Below are positions 5,023 to 14,501 of a stretch of DNA of 24,592 bases, piece after piece. The stretch comes from Planctomycetota bacterium (GTDB taxonomy: Bacteria; Planctomycetota; GCA-002687715; DRQF01), in contig JAZGFI010000257.1 in the NCBI GenBank assembly GCA_036479435.1, positions 1-24,592 on the forward strand, read 5' to 3'. Made by a program: the position numbers and the translations under genes. Within the stretch, counting starts at the first letter, position 1; each line of letters begins with the position of its first letter. The notes under the pieces are model-generated. The model ran no database searches and was not told the origin of the DNA. It saw nothing but the letters and a program-made list of their open reading frames with translations.

Positions 5023-7900
5023 GATGGTTGCCTTCCAAGATGTCGGTGAGGCTGCGGCGATGCAGCTCGTGAAGAGGATCAAGGTCGCAGTCGATCAACA
5101 CTTTTTGGTCGAGCCTCAGTCTTAGACGCTTAGTCTCTTGGCTTTCGCCGAGTCGTGTGAGCGTCAGTCCCGCGAAGCCTTCTTCGAAGGCCGCGCAGTT
5201 CTCAGGCGCCACTTCGACCAAAAACCGAGTCAGCGATTCTGAAAACAGGCGTGTGTGGGCATCGAGAGTTCCGCGGGTTGGCATCAGACCAAGGTCGAGG
5301 TCGAGACCGAAGCCTCCAGCAAATGCCGACTCGGCCGCGGTGACGGCGAGGCCACCTTCGGACAAATCGTGGCAGCTGAGCACTTGTCCGGTTTTGATTG
5401 CGAGATGGAGTGCGCGCAGCGTGGGCAGGGCGGTTCTGCGGTCTAATTGAGGCGCGTGATTGCCGCGTCGCTGCTGAACCCGCATGGCCAAAGAACCGCC
5501 GAGTTCGTCGCCCGTCAAACCGACGAGGTAGATCGATGAGCCCGCGCGTTTTAGATCCATCGTGACGGATTGGCGAACATCATCGACGATCGCAAGGGCA
5601 CTCACCAAAAGCGTGTGCGGGATGCAGATCGTACCCGCTGAAGTAGCGTACTCGTTGTTGAGGCTGTCCTTGCCGGAGATGAAGGGTGTGCGATACGCCA
5701 TCGCCGCGTCGTAGCAGCCTTGTGACGCGCGGACGAGAGCGCCCAATCGATCCGGCTTGGCGGTGTTGCCCCAAGAGAAGTTGTCGAGGATGGAGCATCG
5801 GTCGGGATCGCCACCAACGGCGACGACGTTGCGAAGCGCTTCGTCGATCGCGGCGGTCGCCATGTGGTAAGGATCAAGATCTGCGTAGTGCGGATTCATG
5901 CCGCATCCTAGCGCGAAGCCTTTTGTCGATCCGAGGACCGGGGCGTGGACGGCCGCGTCGCCGGGACCGTCGAGGTCGACGCCTACCAGTGACTTGATGC
6001 AGCTCGTGCTTTGTACTTCGTGGTCGTACTGGCGAATGACCCACTCTTTGCTGGCGACGTTGGGATGCGCCATGAGTTTCTTTAGCACCGTTTCAAAGGG
6101 CGCGGGCTCAAAGTCTGCTAAGTCCTCTTCGGCGGGTTCGTCCCACACCGCTTCAAGAACGGTTTTGGGCAAACCGTTGTGGAGGAACTCCATCGTCATG
6201 TCGCCGATGACGTGGCCGTCAAACATGAGTTCCAGCCGTTTGCTGTCGGTGAATTCGCCGAGCACGCAGGCTTCGACGTCTTCTGAAGCCGCGAGGGCTA
6301 GCATCTCTTCCAAGTTTTCAGGGGGCACGGCGAAGACCATGCGCTCTTGCGCTTCGCTGATCCAGATCTCTCGATAGCTCAGACCGGGGTACTTTGTCGG
6401 CGCATTGGCGAGGTCGACACGTGCGCCGGTGAGTTCGCCCATCTCGCCGACGGCCGAACTAAAGCCGCCCGCGCCACAGTCGGTGACGTTGCGGTAAAGG
6501 CCTCGGTCACGGGCCTGCAACAAGACGTCCATCGTGCGTTTTTCGGTGATGGCGTTGCCAATCTGAACGGCGCTACCGTCGAGCGATTCGGAGTCTTCGT
6601 GGAGTTCGCGGCTCGAAAAAGTCGCACCCTGAATCCCGTCGCGCCCGGTCGCTCCGCCGAGCGCCACGATCTTGTCACCGGGTTTGGTTTCTTTAAGGCA
6701 ACGATCCTTGGGAATGATGCCGACCGTGCCGGCGTAGACCAAAGGGTTACCGGTGTAACGTTCGTCGAAAAACAAACCACCGTTGACGGTGGGGATTCCC
6801 ATGCGGTTGCCGTAATCGCGAACGCCCGACACGACGCCCTTTAAGACGCGCAGCGGATGAATCGTTCCCGCGGGGAGTTTATTGGGATCGGCATCGGGAT
6901 AGCCGAGGCAGAACACGTTGGTGTTGGCGACGGGTTTGCCGCCGAGACCCGTGCCCAAGATATCGCGAATGACGCCGCCAATACCGGTGCCAGCGCCGCC
7001 GTAGGGGTCGATCGCGGAAGGGTGGTTGTGGGTCTCGACCTTAAAGCAGAGGTTGTGTTTGTCGTCGAACTCGACGATGCCAGCGTTGTCCACGAAGACC
7101 GAGACGCAGAAATCGCGATCGAGTTCCTTCGTCGCCCTGAAAACCGTCGACTTCAGCAAATTGGGAATAACCTCGCCGCGGAATCGAACATCGGCGGCAA
7201 AAGTCTTGTGCTTACAGTGTTCCGACCAAGTCTGAGCGAGGGTTTCGAGTTCGATATCGCTGGGGTCGCGACCCGCTTCATCAAACCAAGCCTTAATCGT
7301 TTGCATTTCGGCGAGGTTGAGTGAGAGCCCGAGGTCTTGGCTGAGCTTCAGCAAGTCTTCGTCGCGGTCGGGTAGGGGTACGTCGATGCGCTCGAAAACA
7401 TAGGCGCCCGAAGTCGCGGCAAAAGTCAAAGTTGTCGAGCCGCAAAGAATGTCATCGACGACCGGATTCGCGAGGATGTTGGCGCCGATCTTTTGCAACT
7501 CGTCCGGATTGACTTCGCCTTCGAACAAATACAAGGTCCCGGAGCGAAAGGCCCCCAAGTCGATTCCCAGTTCCGAAGCGCCGCGGCGAACGCTGGCCTC
7601 CACGGGGTCCATCACGCCGGGCTTACGACAGACGGTGACCGCGGATAGGCTCGCGTCGCGCTGGCTCCCGTCCTCGACCTTCCGCACCTTGATCTCTTCA
7701 ACAACCTCATCGCCGAGGAGGCGCGTTGCCAACAAATCGACTTGCGTGCGGGCCAGTGCAGCATCCAAAAGGTAAAGGCGCCGCGTTCTCACGGGCCCGG
7801 CGCGTTCAAGGTCCAACCAGGGGAGATCGCGTTCCACTGCCTGTCCAAGAGCGTCTCCGAGTTGTGCTCGGGTCCCGATCTCGACTTGCCAAGTACTCAT
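5015..7900 (-). CDS. purL: Phosphoribosylformylglycinamidine synthase PurL with two fused N-terminal PurS-like domains
   Basis: QTWSEHCKHK, KVETHNHPS, GGVIRD, DYGNRMGIP, DCGAGG, SEAQERM, QYDHEV, ISGKDS and HDLSEGGL motifs. The N-terminal ~155 aa has PurS-like KPGVMDP...LANPVVD and a diverged upstream copy. Confidence 0.96.
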   Translation of the reverse strand: MSTWQVEIGTRAQLGDALGQAVERDLPWLDLERAGPVRTRRLYLLDAALARTQVDLLATRLLGDEVVEEIKVRKVEDGSQRDASLSAVTVCRKPGVMDPVEASVRRGASELGIDLGAFRSGTLYLFEGEVNPDELQKIGANILANPVVDDILCGSTTLTFAATSGAYVFERIDVPLPDRDEDLLKLSQDLGLSLNLAEMQTIKAWFDEAGRDPSDIELETLAQTWSEHCKHKTFAADVRFRGEVIPNLLKSTVFRATKELDRDFCVSVFVDNAGIVEFDDKHNLCFKVETHNHPSAIDPYGGAGTGIGGVIRDILGTGLGGKPVANTNVFCLGYPDADPNKLPAGTIHPLRVLKGVVSGVRDYGNRMGIPTVNGGLFFDERYTGNPLVYAGTVGIIPKDRCLKETKPGDKIVALGGATGRDGIQGATFSSRELHEDSESLDGSAVQIGNAITEKRTMDVLLQARDRGLYRNVTDCGAGGFSSAVGEMGELTGARVDLANAPTKYPGLSYREIWISEAQERMVFAVPPENLEEMLALAASEDVEACVLGEFTDSKRLELMFDGHVIGDMTMEFLHNGLPKTVLEAVWDEPAEEDLADFEPAPFETVLKKLMAHPNVASKEWVIRQYDHEVQSTSCIKSLVGVDLDGPGDAAVHAPVLGSTKGFALGCGMNPHYADLDPYHMATAAIDEALRNVVAVGGDPDRCSILDNFSWGNTAKPDRLGALVRASQGCYDAAMAYRTPFISGKDSLNNEYATSAGTICIPHTLLVSALAIVDDVRQSVTMDLKRAGSSIYLVGLTGDELGGSLAMRVQQRRGNHAPQLDRRTALPTLRALHLAIKTGQVLSCHDLSEGGLAVTAAESAFAGGFGLDLDLGLMPTRGTLDAHTRLFSESLTRFLVEVAPENCAAFEEGFAGLTLTRLGESQETKRLRLRLDQKVLIDCDLDPLHELHRRSLTDILEGNHRG

Positions 7901-8046
7901 GTTTCAGGTCTTCTCGAGTAGGGCTGGGGTTAGCGGGCTGGATTGTCGGCGCTGAGTACTGCCGAAATAGTGTTGTAAGTGCAAAGGGCGACAAAGGTAA
8001 GCTACACAGGGGCTCTCGCAGCCCAAGGTAAGTGACTTTCTGAGTG

Positions 8047-8075
8047 GTGCTAGCATCGGGTATCACTTGGGTCAA
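8047..8075 (-). promoter_or_regulatory. Candidate sigma70-type promoter for purL-purQ
   Basis: Minus strand TTGACC-17 nt-TAGCAC with an extended -10 TG; about 150 nt upstream of the purL start. Confidence 0.35.
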
Positions 8076-8229
8076 CCACCGCGTTGCTTTTGGCGGGCCT
8101 CGCCTTAGAATTGACGCAGTGCAGGGCCCTTTTTCCACCGAGGTGTGGACTTGAGGCGCAGAAGACCTGTGCAAAACCTTGGCTCGAAGCCCTAAGAAGG
8201 CTTCGGCGAGAAGCGGGAACGATCTTCGT

Positions 8230-9249
8230 ATGGCCCTTGGCAAAAAGCTCACGCCCCTCGATTTCGAAAAACCCATTTTCGAAATGGAGGCGAAGATCGA
8301 GGAACTCGAGGAGCTGTCGCGTTCCACGAAGATGAACCTCAATGGCGAGGTTCGACCGCTCAGGAACAAGCTGGATGAACTCATCGGCGAGATCTTCGAC
8401 GGACTCACTCCCTGGCAGCGCGTTCAGATTGCCCGCCACCCGGCCCGGCCCTTCACTTCAGACTACGTCGACATGATCGTCGATGACTTCATGGAGCTAC
8501 ACGGCGACCGCAATTTTCGCGATGACCGTGCAATCTTGACCGGGTTGGGCCGTATCGACGGCCGAAAAGTCCTGATTGTGGGTCACCGCAAAGGCCGCGA
8601 CACCAAAGAGAAGCTCGCTTGCAACTTCGGTTGCGCCCACCCCGAGGGCTACAAGAAAGCCTGGCGGAAGATGAAGCTGGCCGAAAAGTTCGGTTTGCCC
8701 ATCATCGCTTTGATTAACACGCCTGGAGCCTACCCCGGTATTGGCGCCGAAGAGCGAGGCCAAGCCTGGGCGATTGCCGAAAACCTCATACTCATGGCGG
8801 GCTTACGTGTGCCGATCATCTCGGTGGTCATCGGCGAGGGGGGATCGGGAGGAGCCCTGGGGATTGGCGTCGGCGACCGCGTGTTCATGTTGGAACACGC
8901 CTACTATTCAGTCATCTCTCCAGAGGGCTGCGCGGCCATCCTGTGGAATAGCGCGACCAAGGCCCCGGAAGCCGCTGAAGCCTTGAAAATCACCAGCCAA
9001 GACCTCCTCAAGCTCGGCGTGGTCGACGAAGTCATCCCCGAGCCCTTGGGTGCAGCTCACCGCCGCCCTGCGGCCATGGCCGAGGCGATCAAAGCCATCT
9101 TGATCCGCGAACTCGATGCGCTCGCGACCAAGAGCCCCGAAGAGCTGGTCGACTCTCGCTACGAGAAGTTTCGAAAGATCGGGTCGCTTTTTGGAGACGC
9201 ACCCGCAGTGATGTCCGAGGTCGAGGGCGGAGAGCCGCCACCGGCTTGA
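8230..9249 (+). CDS. accA: Acetyl-CoA carboxylase carboxyltransferase alpha subunit
   Basis: LDFEKPI, ARHPARP, ELHGDR, PEGYKKA, TPGAYPGIGAEERGQ, GEGGSGGALG and YSVISPEGCAAILW motifs. ATG 8230 preferred over the upstream TTG 8179. Confidence 0.97.
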   Translation: MALGKKLTPLDFEKPIFEMEAKIEELEELSRSTKMNLNGEVRPLRNKLDELIGEIFDGLTPWQRVQIARHPARPFTSDYVDMIVDDFMELHGDRNFRDDRAILTGLGRIDGRKVLIVGHRKGRDTKEKLACNFGCAHPEGYKKAWRKMKLAEKFGLPIIALINTPGAYPGIGAEERGQAWAIAENLILMAGLRVPIISVVIGEGGSGGALGIGVGDRVFMLEHAYYSVISPEGCAAILWNSATKAPEAAEALKITSQDLLKLGVVDEVIPEPLGAAHRRPAAMAEAIKAILIRELDALATKSPEELVDSRYEKFRKIGSLFGDAPAVMSEVEGGEPPPA

Positions 9250-9375
9250 AACCCGGCGGTGAAAAAGAGATTCCAAAAACGGCGAAAATTTAGGAATATC
9301 TCATCAGTCGCCGGGGCGAGGTCGTAAATAGGCCTGAGAGTTGGGACCGACCGCGATCACTGTGGAGCACCGAGC

Positions 9376-9738
9376 ATGGCATATGATTTTTGGGCGAATT
9401 TTCCCGCCGCCCGAACTAAAGGCTTCAATGCGAGCTTGCCACACCCGCAAGATGGTCGTCGCCACGGGCGCCACGCCGTCCTGAATGCCTGGGAAAGCGA
9501 CGAGGTCGAGTCGAGGCTTCTTCAGCAGCCCCGGCATCACCAACAAACCCCAACCTGCCGATTTTCACCTAGCGCCGAATCCCTAGACCCCACCACCCGC
9601 CGATTACTAAGCCACTGGGACCGCGAATGTCGCGAGCAATGGCAAGCCTCAGACCCCACCTCATCTCGAAAACACTCGCCAAACGGCGACTTCTGCCCTG
9701 ATATTTGGGCGGCGATCAAAGACCGACTAGAAGATTGA
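9376..9738 (+). CDS. Small hypothetical protein (120 aa)
   Basis: ATG preceded by GGAG; fills the accA-rlmN gap without overlaps; no recognisable family. Confidence 0.45.
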   Translation: MAYDFWANFPAARTKGFNASLPHPQDGRRHGRHAVLNAWESDEVESRLLQQPRHHQQTPTCRFSPSAESLDPTTRRLLSHWDRECREQWQASDPTSSRKHSPNGDFCPDIWAAIKDRLED

Positions 9739-9777
9739 ATGACCGAGCTGAGCCGCGTCAAAGCGAGGCGAGATTGG

Positions 9778-10818
9778 CTAGCGCCCTAGGTTTTTGAGTG
9801 CCAATTGTCCACAGGCGGCGTCAATGTCATTGCCGCGACGGCGTCGGACGACCACATTGAGTCCTCCTTCGATCAATTGCGTTTCGAAGGCGTCGACACG
9901 AGCGTTCGGCGGCCGCTCGAAGGGCAGGCCGGGGACGGGATTCCAAGGGATGACGTTCACCATGCAACGGATACCGCGCAATCGATAGACGAGCTCATCG
10001 GCGTGCTCGCGGCCATCGTTGAGGTCTCTCAACAACACGTATTCAAAAGTGACTTCGCGGCCGGTGTGGTTGAGATAGTCCACCGCCGCGTCACAGAGCT
10101 CTTCGACGGTCATGGCTGATTTCAGCGGCACGATCTCAGATCGGATCTCGTCGTTCGGTGCGTGAAGCGAAAAGGCGAGCGTGTATTGCGTCTTGGCGGC
10201 GGTGAAGCGTTCGACTCCCTCGCGGATGCCAACCGTCGACACCGTGATGCGACGGGCGCCGAAGTTCGCGCCTTCTTCAGAATTGAGCCGCCCGAGAGCT
10301 TCCAGGACGTTCTCGAAATTGTGCATCGGCTCGCCCATCCCCATCATCACGAGGTTGGTGAGCTCTCGCTCGCGCTTGCGGACGCGGAGGCGCGACAGCA
10401 TGAACTGTTCGACGATCTCGCCGTGCGTAAGATTGCGTTTGACGCCGTCCAAGCCGCTCGCACAAAAGCGACACCCTACGCCACAGCCAACTTGGCTCGA
10501 AAGGCAAACGGTGACGCGGTCGGGGGTCGGGATGAGGACGGATTCAACGAGGGCACCATCGGACATCTCGAAGAGCAATTTTTCGGTGCCGTCATCGCTG
10601 CCGCTGATGTCGCGTAGCTTTAATGGGGCCACCGAAAAATGATCTGTGAGAACCGTGCGGAGGCTCTTGGGGAGATTGGCCATCTCCTGGGGGTCAAAAA
10701 CTCCCTTGTCCGCGATCCAGCCCAAGACCTGTTGGGTACGGAAGCGGGGCTCCCCAGCTTTGGCCACAACGGAGGCGATTTCCTCCTTCGTGGCGTCGGA
10801 TAGGCGCCGGTCTGTCAT
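9778..10818 (-). CDS. rlmN: 23S rRNA (adenine2503-C2)-methyltransferase RlmN
   Basis: Radical SAM CGVGCRFC, SSQVGC, MGMGEP, SLHAP, EYVLL and DIDAACGQL motifs. Confidence 0.96.
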   Translation of the reverse strand: MTDRRLSDATKEEIASVVAKAGEPRFRTQQVLGWIADKGVFDPQEMANLPKSLRTVLTDHFSVAPLKLRDISGSDDGTEKLLFEMSDGALVESVLIPTPDRVTVCLSSQVGCGVGCRFCASGLDGVKRNLTHGEIVEQFMLSRLRVRKRERELTNLVMMGMGEPMHNFENVLEALGRLNSEEGANFGARRITVSTVGIREGVERFTAAKTQYTLAFSLHAPNDEIRSEIVPLKSAMTVEELCDAAVDYLNHTGREVTFEYVLLRDLNDGREHADELVYRLRGIRCMVNVIPWNPVPGLPFERPPNARVDAFETQLIEGGLNVVVRRRRGNDIDAACGQLALKNLGR

Positions 10819-10819
10819 A

Positions 10820-12175
10820 TCAGGCCGTGTTCTTTTTGGTTTTGGTCTTCGCCTTCGTCGACAACTTTTTGTTCGCTCTGACTTTCAGGGGGCGAATCGG
10901 CTTTTTGTCGAGGATGTGGTCGGCGGAGATGACGAATTTGCGCTTGCCGTCGCCACTGGCGTCGGGCAGATCGAACATCGTGTCCAAAAGCAGGCTTTCG
11001 ATGATGGAGCGCAAAGCACGGACCCCGGTTTCTCGCCTTAGGGCGAGCTGGGCCAAGGCGCGGAGGGCCTCCGGTTGGAAGGTCAGACTTGAGTTTTCGA
11101 GTTCGAAATACTTCTGATACTGCTTGACGATGGCGTTTTTGGGCTCGGTCATGACCATGATCAAGTCGTCTTCGGTCAAAGGATCGAGGACGGCCGTGAC
11201 GGGTAAGCGCCCGAGCATCTCGGGAATGATCCCGTACTCGACCACATCGTCGGTTTCGACTTGGTGGAGGAGCTCGTTCTTTTTGATTTCCGCGCTTTCG
11301 TCCGATTGATGCGCGTCATCGTTAAAGCCGATGCGAAGGCGGCCGATTCGTTTCGAGATGATCTCATCGAGGCCGACGAAAGTGCCGCCGCAGATGAAGA
11401 GGATCTGAGTCGTATCGATGGCGATGTACTGTTGCTCGGGATGCTTGCGTCCACCTTGTGGAGGGATGTTGGCAGTGGTGCCTTCGAGCATTTTCAGCAG
11501 GGCTTGCTGCACGCCTTCGCCCGATACGTCACGGGTGATGGAGACGTTGCCCGAGCTGCGACCGATTTTGTCGATCTCATCGATGAAGATGATGCCCTTT
11601 TGGGCGCGCTCAAGGTTGAAGTCAGCAGATTGCAACAGCTTTAGCAGGACGTTCTCGACGTCCTCCCCGACGTAGCCAGCTTCAGTGAGCGTGGTCGCGT
11701 CGGCGATCGCAAAGGGGACGTGCAAAAAGCGGGCGAGAGTCTTGGCGAGCAGAGTCTTGCCCGAGCCGGTGGGGCCGATGAGCAGCACGTTGCTTTTTTC
11801 GATCTCGACGTCGTCTTCAGACTCGGAACCAGACTCGCCCGATTCCTCGCGCCTTTCGGCATCTTTCAGGCGTTTGTAGTGATTGTGAACTGCGACGGCC
11901 AACACCCGTTTCGCGTGTTCTTGCCCGATGACGTACTCGTCGAGGTGGCTTTTGATCTCAGAAGGCCGCGGCAAATCCTGCGTGGCGACGATGGTGCTGT
12001 CGTCGGTCGTCAGTCCCTGCTTGCGGTCTTCCTCGTGAAGAATCGTGGTGCAAATTTCGATGCACTCATTGCAGATATTGACGCCGGGAGGACCTGAAAT
12101 GAGGCTCCCCACTTGGCTGCGAGGTTTCCCGCAGAAGCTGCACTCTTCGGATCCTTTTTGCTTTCTGCCAGCCAT
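10820..12175 (-). CDS. clpX: ATP-dependent Clp protease ATP-binding subunit ClpX
   Basis: Zinc finger CSFC...[40 protein letters not shown] and IGF loop. Confidence 0.98.
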   Translation of the reverse strand: MAGRKQKGSEECSFCGKPRSQVGSLISGPPGVNICNECIEICTTILHEEDRKQGLTTDDSTIVATQDLPRPSEIKSHLDEYVIGQEHAKRVLAVAVHNHYKRLKDAERREESGESGSESEDDVEIEKSNVLLIGPTGSGKTLLAKTLARFLHVPFAIADATTLTEAGYVGEDVENVLLKLLQSADFNLERAQKGIIFIDEIDKIGRSSGNVSITRDVSGEGVQQALLKMLEGTTANIPPQGGRKHPEQQYIAIDTTQILFICGGTFVGLDEIISKRIGRLRIGFNDDAHQSDESAEIKKNELLHQVETDDVVEYGIIPEMLGRLPVTAVLDPLTEDDLIMVMTEPKNAIVKQYQKYFELENSSLTFQPEALRALAQLALRRETGVRALRSIIESLLLDTMFDLPDASGDGKRKFVISADHILDKKPIRPLKVRANKKLSTKAKTKTKKNTA

Positions 12176-12206
12176 TGATATCCGTTTTCGTCCGTTTGTC
12201 TGTTCA

Positions 12207-12230
12207 GATCGAGATCGAGATCGAGATCGA
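12207..12230. repeat. Hexamer tandem repeat (GATCGA)x4 in the clpP-clpX spacer
   Basis: Four exact copies read directly from the sequence. Confidence 0.9.
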
Positions 12231-12258
12231 ATCTAAGGGTCTGGATGGCCCGAGCCGT

Positions 12259-12888
12259 TTAGGAGGACTCGGACTTGTCGTCTTGATCTTTCAAAGACCC
12301 GACAATTTCATCGATGAGACCGTATTCTTTAGCCTCTGACCCCGACATGAAGAAGTCGCGATCGGTGTCCGATTCGATCTGCTTAAGGTCGCGACCGGTG
12401 GCGTCGGCGAGAATCTCGTTGAGCGTTCTCTTCATCCTACCGATTTCTTTGGCTTGAATGCCGATATCGGCGGCCGTGCCTTGAGCCCCGCCCCAGGGCT
12501 GGTGGATCATGATGCGCGCATTTGGCAGGGCGTAGCGCTTGCCTTTGGTCCCCGCTGCGAGCAACAGGGCGCCCATCGAGGCGGCCTGGCCGAGGCAATA
12601 AGTCGAAACATCGCACTGGACGTAACGCATGACATCAAAAATCGCCAAGCCCGCGGTCACCGAACCCCCGGGAGAGTTGATAAAGACGCTGATGTCCTGG
12701 TTCCGGTTGACCTTCTGGAGGAAGAGCAACTGGGCGGTAATGGCATTGGCGAGGCCATCCGAAATCTCAGAGCCAATGAAGATGATGCGATCTTCAAGCA
12801 GCCTAGAGTAGATGTCGTATTGCCGCTCGCGACCTCCGTGCTTTTCGATCACGAAGGGAATGTAGTACTCGGCCTTGGGATCAGTCAT
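12259..12888 (-). CDS. clpP: ATP-dependent Clp protease proteolytic subunit ClpP
   Basis: [21 protein letters not shown] (Ser), MIHQP (His) and DRD (Asp). Start at ATG 12888, overlapping the tig stop. Confidence 0.98.
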   Translation of the reverse strand: MTDPKAEYYIPFVIEKHGGRERQYDIYSRLLEDRIIFIGSEISDGLANAITAQLLFLQKVNRNQDISVFINSPGGSVTAGLAIFDVMRYVQCDVSTYCLGQAASMGALLLAAGTKGKRYALPNARIMIHQPWGGAQGTAADIGIQAKEIGRMKRTLNEILADATGRDLKQIESDTDRDFFMSGSEAKEYGLIDEIVGSLKDQDDKSESS

Positions 12889-14281
12889 CCGACTTGCCTC
12901 CTTCTTCTTCGACGGCGCTAGCCTTCGAATTGGACTTACTCTTGTTCCCAGCAGCTTTTGGAGCCGCTTCACCCTTTTCTTCGGCTATCTCGGCCTCTTC
13001 AGTGAGGAAGGTTCGAACCTTTCGCTCTAAGATCGAGCTGCGAACCCGGTTGAGGCCGTCATTTTTGGACAGTTCTTCCCGCACTTTCGTGGGCGTCATC
13101 TGCTCTTGCTGCGCCATTTCGACGATTCGAGCGTCGATGTCGGTCTCGGTGGCAAAGATTCGTTCTTTTTTCGCGATGGCTTCAATCAGGTACCAGGCGC
13201 GGATGCCGCGCTCAACTTCCGGCATTTCTTCGTCCCGGATGGTCTTGAAGTGATCTTCATGGGCGACATCTGGATCGAGCTCACCAGCCATGATGCGCTG
13301 CATAGCGATTTCTCGAATGCGACCGGCCATGGTTTGTTCGACAACAGATTTCGGGATGTCCGCCGAAACTTGGCCCAAGAGCTGATTAATGAGGTCTTCT
13401 TCAACCGCGCGGTCCGCGGCATCGCCCTGGCGTTGCTCAAGGTCTCCTTCGATTTGCGTGCGGAAGCTGGCGAGGTCATCGAAGCCGAAGCCTTTCGCCA
13501 ATTCGTCCGACAATTCGGGCTTCTCGATGCGCTTGATCTCAGCGATGTCGAAGTGGCAGGTGACGCTTTTTCCCTGCATGTCCTGCACGGGGTAGTCGGC
13601 CGGGACGCTGGTTTCGAAGGTCAGCCGATCGCCAATGGCCTTGCCGACCAGCTGGTCCGACAGACCCTTAAGTTCGAGACCCGCGATCTTTTCGTGTTCA
13701 TGACCGGCGACGGCGCTGTCGGTTTCTCGCTTGAGTAGCGATTCGTCGCCCTCAAAGACCTCGAAGGGGCCGATCACATGGTCTTCGTTTTCGATCTTGC
13801 CGCTGCCGACCGGCACCATCATGGCGCGCCTTGAGCGGAGGTCTTCTAGAATGTCGTCGACTTCCTGCGGGGTCCAGGCTTGCACCTTTCGGGTGGCCTT
13901 GAGTCCTCGGTATTTCGGAAGGTCGAATGTCGGTCGGACCTCGACATCAAAACTGAACTCAAAACCCTTGCCGCGCTCGAACTCGATCTTGGAAAAGTCG
14001 AGATCGGGATCACTCACGACTTGCAGGTCGTGTTCTTTGATGGCGGCTTCGATCCCCTCAACGACGAGGTCGCGCTTCACATCGTCGGCGATTTGCTCAC
14101 CGAAACGGCGCTCCAAGACGCTCTTAGGTGCTTTGCCACGACGGAATCCGGGGAGCTGAACCGTGCTCCGCAGCTCGCCGAAACTTTGGCGAAACTGGCT
14201 CTCCACGCGATCCGATTCCACCGCCACCGTCAACTTGCGCCGGCAGGGATCATCGCTCGGGGTTTCGACTTGGGAGCTCAT
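12881..14281 (-). CDS. tig: Trigger factor
   Basis: PGFRRGKAP ribosome-binding signature, EVRP, FKBP-like middle and helical C-domain; classic tig-clpP-clpX order. Confidence 0.96.
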   Translation of the reverse strand: MSSQVETPSDDPCRRKLTVAVESDRVESQFRQSFGELRSTVQLPGFRRGKAPKSVLERRFGEQIADDVKRDLVVEGIEAAIKEHDLQVVSDPDLDFSKIEFERGKGFEFSFDVEVRPTFDLPKYRGLKATRKVQAWTPQEVDDILEDLRSRRAMMVPVGSGKIENEDHVIGPFEVFEGDESLLKRETDSAVAGHEHEKIAGLELKGLSDQLVGKAIGDRLTFETSVPADYPVQDMQGKSVTCHFDIAEIKRIEKPELSDELAKGFGFDDLASFRTQIEGDLEQRQGDAADRAVEEDLINQLLGQVSADIPKSVVEQTMAGRIREIAMQRIMAGELDPDVAHEDHFKTIRDEEMPEVERGIRAWYLIEAIAKKERIFATETDIDARIVEMAQQEQMTPTKVREELSKNDGLNRVRSSILERKVRTFLTEEAEIAEEKGEAAPKAAGNKSKSNSKASAVEEEGGKSDD

Positions 14282-14305
14282 AAAGCCGCGTTCTCCAGCG
14301 GATGG

Positions 14306-14333
14306 AAAGCCGAATCTAGGGCGATTCGGCTTT
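14306..14333 (-). promoter_or_regulatory. Perfect 11-bp hairpin in the tig leader
   Basis: AAAGCCGAATC-TAGGGC-GATTCGGCTTT, 24 nt upstream of the tig ATG. Confidence 0.55.
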
Positions 14334-14501
14334 GCTGTTTCGGGTCCGAAAACACGCTATCTGGCCTGTAATAAGGGGCCCGAAATCCGCGCGTATTTTC
14401 AGGCGGACGATACGAGGAGCTGGGGGCCCTTTCAAGTTGTCGAAATGCCTAAGAGAGCTCGACTTATGAGCTGGCAAATGGGCGAGTTGCGGGCGCGCCG
14501 C

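Noticed and set aside
7901..8046. Purine, ZTP or PRPP riboswitch in the purL leader
   Set aside because: No conserved aptamer core or terminator is recognisable by eye; an Rfam scan would be needed to exclude it fully.
9778..10818. Cfr-type antibiotic resistance methyltransferase
   Set aside because: The housekeeping operon context and the absence of adjacent mobile elements favour RlmN; a phylogeny would settle it.
12889..12972. N-terminal extensions in the ORF track for clpP (also purQ, accA, the TPR gene and the Mo-enzyme)
   Set aside because: Except for accA, they overlap upstream genes extensively. Downstream starts give family-typical N-termini and, in most cases, short stop/start overlaps.
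14282..14501. tRNA gene upstream of tig (a common arrangement)
   Set aside because: No T-loop GTTCRA motif in a cloverleaf context and no acceptor stem on either strand.
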